Assembly: GCA_963767925.1 (NCBI GenBank)
Contig: CAVYGB010000002.1
Coordinates: forward strand, 2,144,001 to 2,208,000
Reading direction: 5' to 3'
Length of the DNA: 64,000 nt
From: an uncultured delta proteobacterium
GTDB lineage: Bacteria > Myxococcota_A > Polyangia > Fen-1088
Part shown: piece by piece, positions 1 through 8,081 of the stretch
Layout: each line of letters begins with the position of its first letter
Position numbering within the stretch: the stretch's first letter is position 1
The notes under the pieces: model-generated
Databases searched by the model: none
Told to the model about the DNA's origin: nothing
The model's input: only the letters and a program-made list of their open reading frames with translations
Made by a program: the position numbers and the translations under genes

Positions 1-61
1 GAGCGACTTCGAAAAGATGTTCGTCGCCGACCGCAAGTTCGTCCGAACATTCGATGAATGA
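1..61 (+). CDS. 3' end of an unidentified CDS entering from the left (..SDFEKMFVADRKFVRTFDE*)
   Basis: Open frame 2 with coding-like codons ending at TGA 59-61; too short to assign. Confidence 0.4.
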   Translation, partial: SDFEKMFVADRKFVRTFDE

Positions 62-161
62 GACCGACCAGGTTAGAGATCAGTTGACCATGGACCAGCA
101 TTTCGCGGCGGCCACGTACAGGGATCGCCGTCGTGGGTTCGGAGAGCGTGCGAGCCGCCGA

Positions 162-740
162 TCAGGTCTGCAGCAAGCGCAGGCGGTCCTCGAGGGAGCC
201 ATGCCAGTCGCCGGCCATGTTCGGAAGTAACCGGTAGAGGTAACGCGGCTCGTCCGGCACCCAGAGGTCTTGCTGCCATTCCCACGGCCGGGACCTGGCC
301 CGTGCAGGATCGAACAGGCCCGCGACGGGGTAATAGATGCGTTGGGCGTCGGAGAGCCACGCCGCCCACCAGGCGAACGTGCTGACCGACAGCACAATGT
401 TGCGCGCGCTTCTCAGGCGATTGAAGTCGTTCACCGCCGTGCCGGCGCAGACGCGAGCTCCGAAACAGGTGACGAGCCGCTGGACCATTGGATCGTCCGG
501 GTGTTGCGTGACCACGGTGATAGCGCGCCACTGCCGTTCACGCACGACGCTGGCGTAAAACGAGAAGGGAAGAGCCGGGTAGTCGCGGGCGACCGGCCGC
601 CCCTCCGACATGTCTTGCCACACGTCGCCGCCGCTGCGGACGTGAATCACGAGGTCATCTGGGCCAGATGGATCGAGCGGTCCGGCGCGCAGCCATTGGC
701 GGCGGATGAGATCTTTGTGCGGGCGATAATATTCGTAGCG
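162..740 (-). pseudogene. 5'-truncated GT11 (alpha-1,2-fucosyltransferase-like) glycosyltransferase
   Basis: Motifs VIHVRSGGD and STFAWWAAWL; frame stays open upstream of the track start (RYEYYRPHKDLIRRQWL..) and is cut at 740 by an IS end. Confidence 0.7.
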
Positions 741-810
741 TGTTCACGATGGTCCGATCGCTCCGTTCACGATGCTCCGATCGCGGTGTTCACGATGACC
801 GAAATGCGCA
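741..810. mobile_element. IS21-family terminal repeat remnant (three 23-bp units, ends ..GAAATGCGCA)
   Basis: GTTCACGATG at 742, 765 and 788 (23-bp period), terminal CA; multiple subterminal repeats are characteristic of IS21 ends. Confidence 0.7.
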
Positions 811-1362
811 GCGAGCTGGCCAGGGACCTGATGGAGACCTCGTGCGAGCGTCAGCAGATCCAGCCCGGCGTCCTCTCGATGCATTCCGACAACGGCCCCG
901 CGATGATCTCTCAACCGGTGGCTTCTCTGCTGATCACCCTCGACGTGGCCAAGAGCCACTCGCGCCCCCACGTTTCCGACGACAACCCCTTCTCGGAGGC
1001 CCAGTTCAAAACCCTCAAGTACCGCCCCTCATTTCCCGAACGCTTCGCCTCCCTGGAGCACGCACGAGCTTTCCTGCGGCAGTTCTTCGCTTGGTACAAC
1101 ACCGAGCACCACCACAGCCGCTTGGCCCTCCTCACACCCTCCGACGTCCATCATGGCCTCGTCGACCAGCGCATTGGCCAGCGCGCCCTCGTCCTCGACG
1201 CCGCCTTCGCCGCCAGGCCGGAGCGCTTCGTCCGACGGCCACCCACCCCGCGTCGGCCACCTGAAACCGTGTGGATCAACCCACCTAAGGAATCTCCAGC
1301 GACCGAGGAGGCGCGAGCGTAAATTCAACAGTCGGCTATCTCAGAATCGTTGACAGGTTCCG
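811..1362 (+). mobile_element. 3' half of an IS3-family element: integrase-core fragment (stop 1322) plus right end
   Basis: HSDNG, SHSRPHVSDDNPFSEAQFKTLKY and WYNTEHHHS motifs; end-like CTCAGAATCGTTGACAGGTTCCG at ~1340-1362; first catalytic Asp region missing. Confidence 0.85.
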
Positions 1363-1449
1363 TCCGAGCATTTCCGCGTACCACTTCACGGACTCGTCGA
1401 TGTTGGCGACCTGAAGTGCGACGAGCTCGATGAACTGGACTGGAATCAT
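1363..1449 (-). pseudogene. N-terminal fragment of a VOC/glyoxalase-family protein cut by IS3
   Basis: MIPVQFIELVALQVANIDESVKWYAEMLG after a GGAG RBS; resembles the VOC N-terminal beta-alpha motif. Confidence 0.6.
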
Positions 1450-1463
1450 ACTGGCTCCTACCT

Positions 1464-2183
1464 TCAGATCACCCGTACCCAGGGTAGCCGCAGCGTCTGG
1501 ACGCCCACGCCGTGGCGCTGCTTGTAGGCCGTGATCTCCTCTAGATCGCGCTCATCCCGGTTTTCCAGGCGCTCCAGCGTCGTCGTCGAGGCGTCCGGCA
1601 CGTACTTCCGGAACCCGGAGGCCAGCTTCTGCGGCAGCAGCGCCATCTCTCCCACGCGCCCGCAGCGCTCCCTCCACAGTCTGTCCGTGGCGTAGTGGCC
1701 GGCGTAGGTCTCGTCCTCCCCTCCCACCCGCCAGAAGAACTCCTTCGACATGAGGAAGCTGTTGGGGTGGGGATTACGGGGGGTCATCTCCGGCCAGCGG
1801 CCGCGCGAGAACATGTACCAGACCCGGGCGTCGTGGTCCTGTCGCATGAGACTCTCCATCACCTCCGGAAGGACCACGTGGTCCATGTCGGTGAGGAGAA
1901 GCCACGGGGTGGTGGCCTCGCTGGCCCCGAGGTTGCGACCCTGCAGGCAGTTCCAGCGGAGGTCGGTCAGGATGCGATAGAGCCGAAAGTCCAGGACGTC
2001 CACCGCCAGCCCCTGGGCGCTTATGACTTCCTGGGCCCGCGATCCCAGCGGTGAGCCGTCGTCCACGACGATGATCTGCAGGTGTCTTCTCGTCTCCTCC
2101 GAGTACTGGTTCCAGAACTCGAATTGCTTTCGCAGCATGTTGGGGTTGCGGTAGTAGGGCAAAATGAAGGTCATCTGTTTCAT
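1464..2183 (-). CDS. GT2/GT-A fold glycosyltransferase
   Basis: ILPYY, IIVVDDGSP, GRNLG, TDMDH (DxD), VGGEDE; ATG at 2183 is 2 nt after the clpP stop. Confidence 0.8.
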   Translation of the reverse strand: MKQMTFILPYYRNPNMLRKQFEFWNQYSEETRRHLQIIVVDDGSPLGSRAQEVISAQGLAVDVLDFRLYRILTDLRWNCLQGRNLGASEATTPWLLLTDMDHVVLPEVMESLMRQDHDARVWYMFSRGRWPEMTPRNPHPNSFLMSKEFFWRVGGEDETYAGHYATDRLWRERCGRVGEMALLPQKLASGFRKYVPDASTTTLERLENRDERDLEEITAYKQRHGVGVQTLRLPWVRVI

Positions 2184-2185
2184 CT

Positions 2186-2803
2186 TCAGCGCGCCCCTTC
2201 GCCGACCCGACCTGCGGACGAGAACAATGCCGGCGACAGCACGACATCGATGATCCCGTAGGCCTTGGCCTCGTCCGCCCGGAAGAACCGATCTCGCTGC
2301 ATGTCCTTCATGACCTGCTCCGGCGATTGACCGGTGTGTTTGGCCATCAGCCCGGTGATGACCTCCCGAGTCCGCAACACTTGCCGGGCGTGGATGGCGA
2401 GATCGGAGGCGGACCCTTCCGACGCGGCCGAGGGCTGGTGGGTCATGATCTTGGCGTGCGGCAAGCAGTAGCGCTTGCCCGGAGCGCCGGCGGTCAGCAA
2501 GAAGGAGGCCGTGGAGACGGCGCTTCCGACACACACGGTGGCAACGGCGGGGCTCACGTATTGCATGGTGTCGTAGATAGCCAGCCCGGCACTCACCAGG
2601 CCGCCCTGGGAGTTGATGTAAAGCATGATGTCCCGGTCGGGATCTTCACTCTCCAGGTAGAGGAGCTGGGCCACCACGCTGCTGGCCATCTCATCGGACA
2701 CGCCGCCACCCAGGTAAATGATCCGGTTGTTCAACAGTCCAGAGAACACGTCCCACGAGCGTTCCCCCTTCTGGGTGGTCTGAGAGACGCGGGGAATCAG
2801 CAT
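2186..2803 (-). CDS. clpP: ATP-dependent Clp protease proteolytic subunit (divergent paralog)
   Basis: AQLLYLESEDPDRDIMLYINSQGG, GLAIYDTMQY, Ser (GSAVSTAS), His (MTHQP), Asp (RDRFF), EAKAYGIID. Confidence 0.93.
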   Translation of the reverse strand: MLIPRVSQTTQKGERSWDVFSGLLNNRIIYLGGGVSDEMASSVVAQLLYLESEDPDRDIMLYINSQGGLVSAGLAIYDTMQYVSPAVATVCVGSAVSTASFLLTAGAPGKRYCLPHAKIMTHQPSAASEGSASDLAIHARQVLRTREVITGLMAKHTGQSPEQVMKDMQRDRFFRADEAKAYGIIDVVLSPALFSSAGRVGEGAR

Positions 2804-2953
2804 GGTCCGGACTTCGCGATCATTACCGAACCGGCGGGGACGCTGGCCGCCGCAAGTTGAGACAGCGGCCGCGCCGGGATGCCTTGTTATCGTCACCTCG
2901 ACTTGGATGGTACCGTCAGTGAGCTCGAGCGGTCCCTCGACGCAGGATAGGCC

Positions 2954-4819
2954 ATGAGCTCTGCCGAGGGCGGCAAGCCATCGGTGGAGACGCCCTGGAC
3001 GAGCCGCTTGCGAAACGGCCTGGGTCAGATCGTCCTGGCCATCAGTCTCATGTGGAAAGCGGCGCCCTGGGGGACGTTGCTCTCCATCGTTCTGGTCGTC
3101 CTCTCAGGAGCACTTCAGCCCGCCAGTGCCTACGTCGGAAAGCTGATCGTCGATGCGGTGCTCGACGCGCAGCAGGCCGCACATGTCCCGGGAGCCATCC
3201 AGCGGGCGCTCGAATTCGTCCTGCTGGAACTGGGCCTGCTCCTGAGCGTGACGCTGCTCGACCGATCTCTGGGGCTGGTACGTACGATGGTCGGCGCGCG
3301 CCTGACCCTCGACCTCGCCACGAAGATCCTGAAGAAGGCTCTCCTCCTGGAGTTGAGGCAGTTCGAAGATCCAGTGTTCTACGACCTGTTGACCCGGGCC
3401 CGGCGCGAGGCCACCGGCAGGCCGCTCGGCCTGTTACAGCGCGCCTTCGGTCTGCTCAAGAACGGGCTCGTACTCGCTGGGTACCTCACGCTGCTGACGA
3501 CCTTCTCCGCATGGGCGACCCTGGCGGTGCTCGTCGCGAGCGTCCCCGCATTCCTGGCGGAGGCGCACTTTTCCAGGAAGACCTACCTCATCCGGAACTC
3601 TCGTTCGGAGGAAAACCGGCGCCTCAACTACCTGGAGAAGGTGTTGACCGAGGAGGAATACGTCAAAGAGGTCAAGCTGTTCGGTCTGGGATCCTATCTG
3701 CTCGGGCTGCACCGGGACCTGTCCGTGAAGTTTCTTCGCGAGGATCGGGACTTGCACTTGCGCTCTGCCGGCTGGGGGTACCTGCTCTCGGCCGCTGCCT
3801 CGCTGGCCTTTTATGGCTGCTACGTGGTGGTCGTGATCTCGACGGTCCAGGGAAGACTTTCTCTGGGTGAGATGACGCTCTATCTGGTGGCCTTCCGTCA
3901 GGCGCAGGAGAACTTCCGGGGACTCCTGGCGGGGGTGGGGGGCATGTACGAGGACAACCTCTACCTGACGAACCTGTTCGAGTTCCTGGCCATCCCTCCC
4001 GGCCACCCCGTGGCGACGAGCAATCTTGCCCTCCTTCCGGCAGTCGCGTCGCGGGCACCAGCGGATGGAGGGATCCGCTTCGAGCAGGTCTCATTCAAGC
4101 ACCCGGGGTCTGACAGATACGCCGTCCGCGACATCGACCTGGTCGTGCCGCCCGGCCAGAGTCTGGCCCTGGTGGGGGAAAACGGGGCCGGCAAGACCAC
4201 CATCATCAAGCTGCTCACGCGCCTCTACTCACCCACCGAGGGGAGGATCCTGCTCGATGGCCGGGACCTGCGCGACTGGGACGAGGTCGAGCTACGCAGC
4301 CGTATCGGAGTCATTTTTCAGGACTTCAACCAATACCAGTTCCGGGTGCGGGAGAACATCGCCGTGGGCAGCATTGCCCGAAGAGATGACGATCTGCGCG
4401 TGAAGCGGGCGATGGAGGAAGGAGGCGCCCGGGCGGTGGTGGCTGGCCTTCCCCATGGATTGGACACTCAGCTCGGACGCAAGTTTCGGGACGGCGTCGG
4501 GCTCTCGGGAGGGCAATGGCAAAAGATTGCCCTCGCCCGCGCGTTCATGCGCCAGGAGGCCGACATCCTGATCCTGGACGAACCCACCGCAGCGCTGGAT
4601 GCTCTGGCCGAACACGCCATCTTCGACCGGTTTCGCGAGCTCACCCGGGGCCGGACTGCCATCATCGTGTCGCACCGGTTCCCCACCGTCCGCATGGCCG
4701 ACCGGATCGTAGTCGTGCGTGAAGGAATGATCGCCGAGAACGGCAGCCACGGAGATCTGTTGAAGGCAGGCGGTCGCTACGCCGAGCTGTTCGAGCTGCA
4801 GGCGCAGGGTTATCGCTGA
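2954..4819 (+). CDS. ABC exporter, fused TMD-NBD
   Basis: TM helices, GENGAGKT, LSGGQWQ, LILDEPT, SHRF. Confidence 0.93.
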   Translation: MSSAEGGKPSVETPWTSRLRNGLGQIVLAISLMWKAAPWGTLLSIVLVVLSGALQPASAYVGKLIVDAVLDAQQAAHVPGAIQRALEFVLLELGLLLSVTLLDRSLGLVRTMVGARLTLDLATKILKKALLLELRQFEDPVFYDLLTRARREATGRPLGLLQRAFGLLKNGLVLAGYLTLLTTFSAWATLAVLVASVPAFLAEAHFSRKTYLIRNSRSEENRRLNYLEKVLTEEEYVKEVKLFGLGSYLLGLHRDLSVKFLREDRDLHLRSAGWGYLLSAAASLAFYGCYVVVVISTVQGRLSLGEMTLYLVAFRQAQENFRGLLAGVGGMYEDNLYLTNLFEFLAIPPGHPVATSNLALLPAVASRAPADGGIRFEQVSFKHPGSDRYAVRDIDLVVPPGQSLALVGENGAGKTTIIKLLTRLYSPTEGRILLDGRDLRDWDEVELRSRIGVIFQDFNQYQFRVRENIAVGSIARRDDDLRVKRAMEEGGARAVVAGLPHGLDTQLGRKFRDGVGLSGGQWQKIALARAFMRQEADILILDEPTAALDALAEHAIFDRFRELTRGRTAIIVSHRFPTVRMADRIVVVREGMIAENGSHGDLLKAGGRYAELFELQAQGYR

Positions 4820-4859
4820 GGCGCTTAGAGAGCAATCGACACCAATCAATGGAGCCAAC

Positions 4860-5543
4860 GTGCAAATAGCTAGCCCGTTTCATGATCGGGATCGGCTGAA
4901 CCGCGAGAAATACGGTCAGCACGCACCACTCAGTTGTGAGCGGATCTGGATCAAGCCAACCGAGGTCACCGCTTACATGAGGATTCCCGCCGCAGTCGGG
5001 GGCGCCCGTCGGGTTCGCGCGGAGAGTGGGACCGTTGTCGAATCGGAGTTTCCCCCGCTGGGTGGCTTCGTCATGCCCTTGACTTGGGTGGGCAGGATCG
5101 CCTCCTGCATTCACCGTTGGATGAAGGGTGGCGAATGGGAAGACACGGCGATGTATCAGAGGGCCTTCAAGTACCTGCATGAGACCAAATCTATCGGCGG
5201 CGGCTTGAACATCCCGGAGGCCGCTCTGCGCATCTGCCAGAAATATGATCGGATGTACCTCACGGTCGATCGTGAACGACGTTTGCGGACCCGGGAGGAG
5301 CTCAATCCAGGGAACTTTCGCGAGGAGGGCGGCATGGTGATACACGTGGGGCCGGGCGGAACGCTCTTCCTCGGATCGGGGAACCGGCGGTTCTCCATCA
5401 GCCTCACCGCGGGACTCGAGATCGTCCCCGCCATGGTGGGCTACGTGCACGTGAGCGCCCTCAGGCACCTGGCCGCTCTGAGGCAACCGCCCGACGGCGC
5501 TCGCGCCGCACGCGCGGAAATAGGCGTCACGCCTCAGGACTGA
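4860..5543 (+). CDS. Hypothetical protein with possible ParB/sulfiredoxin-like C-terminal motif
   Basis: MVIHVGPGGTLFLGSGNRRFSISLTAGLEIVPAMV resembles the ParB-N G-x-x-R-L motif region; start uncertain. Confidence 0.5.
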   Translation: MQIASPFHDRDRLNREKYGQHAPLSCERIWIKPTEVTAYMRIPAAVGGARRVRAESGTVVESEFPPLGGFVMPLTWVGRIASCIHRWMKGGEWEDTAMYQRAFKYLHETKSIGGGLNIPEAALRICQKYDRMYLTVDRERRLRTREELNPGNFREEGGMVIHVGPGGTLFLGSGNRRFSISLTAGLEIVPAMVGYVHVSALRHLAALRQPPDGARAARAEIGVTPQD

Positions 5544-5575
5544 TTCGAGATCCCCTGGCGTCCGCCCGTCGCCGA

Positions 5576-7726
5576 TCAGGCCTTCGTTCGCGGCTGCACC
5601 TTCAGCAGTAGCTCTCCCTCGGCGGCGTCGACGACGACGGTTCCACCTTTCGTCAGCCCACCGAACAGGACCTCGTCGCCCAGCCGCCGGACGACGGCGG
5701 ACTGGAGCAGGCGAGCCAGGGGCCGCGCCCCCTGGTTGGCGTCGAAACCCTTGTCCAGCAAGTAGGCGCGCCCGTTTTCGGTCACGCTGATCCGCACCTT
5801 TCGGGTAGCCAGCTGCGCCGACAGCTCGGCCAGCCGACGGTCGAGGATGAGTCGCATGTGTTCCGGCAGCAGGCGGCCAAAGTCGATCTTGGCCGTGAGC
5901 CGATCCCTGAACTCGACGGAGAAGACCGACCGGAGGGCCTTACCGGAATCGACCGTGCTGTCGTCGCGCACGAATCCCGGTCTGCGCACGGTAGCGTCGC
6001 TGGCCCCCACGTTGCTCGTCATGATGAGAACGGTCTGGCGGAAATCGGTCACCCGGCCGCGGCTGTCGGTGAGCTTGCCGTGATCCATGACCTGCAGCAA
6101 AACGTTGCAGACATCGCTGTGTGCCTTCTCGATCTCGTCGAGCAGCAGGACAGCGTGCGGGGTGGCGTTGACAGCGTCGGTCAGGAGGCCCCCCCGGTCG
6201 TATCCGACGTAACCCGGTGGAGCGCCGATAAGCCGGGAGACGCTGTGCCGCTCCATGTATTCGGACATGTCGAATCGGACGAGGGGGAGACTGAGCGCAT
6301 CTGCCAGCTGGCGGGCAAGCTCCGTCTTGCCCACCCCGCTCGGACCGACGAACAGGAAGCTGCCAATCGGTTTGCCGGCTGCACCCAGTCCGGCGCGGTG
6401 TATCCGTACCGCTTGCACAAGGCTGGCGATGGCCGCTTGCTGGCCGAAGACCTTGCCGTTCAGCTGCTGCTCCAGGTTCATCAATCGCGCCCGCTCGCGC
6501 CGATCGGGCCGGGTTTGTGATGACGGTGCCGACAGCTCGAGCGCGGCCAGCACGTCCCTGGCATCGACCACCGTCCGTGTGCGGCTTCCCCGGCTGGTCC
6601 TCATCTTCACCAGCGCAGCCGCGCGCTCGACCAGATCAAAGACGCCGCCAGGCAGGCGGCGCTGTGCGGTCTGGCCCCGCGACAGCTCGGTCGCCCGTAC
6701 CAGGGCGGCCTCGCTCAGGCCGACACCATGACGCCTTTGCAGACGGTTGCGCTGGGCTCTCAGGGCGGCGACAGTGTCGGGCACGGACAGCTCCCCCAGC
6801 GGAACCACCTCGAATCTGCTGAACGATTGCGGGTCGCGGTCAATCGCCGCCAGGTGATCGCGCGCGGGCATCACCGCCAAGCAGTGACTCCCGCGGGTGC
6901 TGCCGAGCACCATTCGCAGGAGGGTGCTGGAACCGGTGAGACCGAAGAAAGCCTCGGCGGTCAGAATCGTCGAGAAGTCGTCGATGAGCAGGACGAACCG
7001 GCCCTGGCGCGCCAGCTGCAGTTGGATCGTGGCGTACCGGCGCTCCAGCTCGATACGGGAATCGACGCCCTGAACCACCCAATCGACCTTCAGCACGCGG
7101 ACCAGGGGAGGGTCTCCGGAGACGAGAGCGGGCGACTTCTCGAGCAGGCGGGCCAGGTGCTTCAGCAGCGCGGTCTTGCCTACCCCGCGTTCGCCCACCA
7201 GCAGGGCGCAGTTCCGGATGCGGCTGGCCAGGATGCACTGGATCCGCTCTATCTCAGGCTCGCGCCCGATCAGGCGCTTCGTGCTGACTTGCCTGACCGT
7301 GAAAGTGGCAGCGTGTTTGTTGTCTTCCAGGATGTCTTCGAAGATGTCGACGTAGCTCAAACCCTCTTGCTGCAGCAGGCGGGCGGCATAGGAGTCAGGC
7401 TCGGTCTGAATCACTCCCAGGACCTCGGGCAGGCCGGGAATGCGCCCGAGCAATCGACTCAGCACGAGGGCTCGAGCGAGGACTCGCTCGAGATTTTGAT
7501 CGGCAGCGGCGATGGGCACGGGACCCCGCTGTTCGCTCTGCAGGTGGGCCTCCAGGTTGAGCCGCAGCCGCGCCCCGACCTTGGGGTCACCGCGAAGCGA
7601 GCGCGGGGAACCCTCGTGGGTCAACAGCCCGAGCAACAGATCCTCGACGGTGCAGTGTTCGGCGCCTCGCGCGGCGGCGGCGGAAAGCGCCTTGGCGATG
7701 ACCTCTTGGAGGGCTCCCTTGAACAT
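5576..7726 (-). CDS. clpA: ClpA-like Hsp100 AAA+ ATPase with degenerate D1
   Basis: Clp N-domain-like TVEDLLLGLL; D1 GERGVGKT; D2 GPSGVGKT, FDMSEYMERHSVSRLIGAPPGYVG, LLLDEIEKAH, GARPLAR; no ClpB coiled-coil; alternative GTG start at 7762. Confidence 0.8.
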   Translation of the reverse strand: MFKGALQEVIAKALSAAAARGAEHCTVEDLLLGLLTHEGSPRSLRGDPKVGARLRLNLEAHLQSEQRGPVPIAAADQNLERVLARALVLSRLLGRIPGLPEVLGVIQTEPDSYAARLLQQEGLSYVDIFEDILEDNKHAATFTVRQVSTKRLIGREPEIERIQCILASRIRNCALLVGERGVGKTALLKHLARLLEKSPALVSGDPPLVRVLKVDWVVQGVDSRIELERRYATIQLQLARQGRFVLLIDDFSTILTAEAFFGLTGSSTLLRMVLGSTRGSHCLAVMPARDHLAAIDRDPQSFSRFEVVPLGELSVPDTVAALRAQRNRLQRRHGVGLSEAALVRATELSRGQTAQRRLPGGVFDLVERAAALVKMRTSRGSRTRTVVDARDVLAALELSAPSSQTRPDRRERARLMNLEQQLNGKVFGQQAAIASLVQAVRIHRAGLGAAGKPIGSFLFVGPSGVGKTELARQLADALSLPLVRFDMSEYMERHSVSRLIGAPPGYVGYDRGGLLTDAVNATPHAVLLLDEIEKAHSDVCNVLLQVMDHGKLTDSRGRVTDFRQTVLIMTSNVGASDATVRRPGFVRDDSTVDSGKALRSVFSVEFRDRLTAKIDFGRLLPEHMRLILDRRLAELSAQLATRKVRISVTENGRAYLLDKGFDANQGARPLARLLQSAVVRRLGDEVLFGGLTKGGTVVVDAAEGELLLKVQPRTKA

Positions 7727-8081
7727 GTCGATACGTTCTCCAGAGTGGGCCCCCAGTATCACTCGCTCTTCGGGAGGGACGGCGCCGCAACATGAGGCAT
7801 CGGGGCCAGACAGCGTCGGCGCTAAGAACCGAGCACGTGCTCAAGAGCTGTCGGTCGTCTCCTGCGCGTGGGGTTCTCAAGAGTGAGCCACGGATACGCC
7901 CGCCTGCCGGCGACAGGTCGACGATGGCTGTGTCCGCTTGCGGGACGGATGTCCCAGAAGCGAACGTCCCGGGCGTTCTCTCGCCTGCGGAGGCGCAGGC
8001 TTCTGTCTTGGCACGATTATCGCATTTGAGGAGTGACCTCTCCGCCGTCAGGAGGGCCCCCTCTTTGCCAACCACCTAGGA

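Noticed and set aside
741..810. Three 23-bp repeats as a mini CRISPR array
   Set aside because: The units are contiguous with no spacers, no cas genes are present, and the pattern fits an IS21 end
270..810. N-terminal part of the 350-aa ORF 270..1322 as transposase
   Set aside because: It is antisense to the GT11 fragment; transposase similarity starts only after 810
7792..8079. 95-aa ORF as a RiPP precursor for the island
   Set aside because: No RBS, leader motif or recognisable core; it lies in a divergent promoter region
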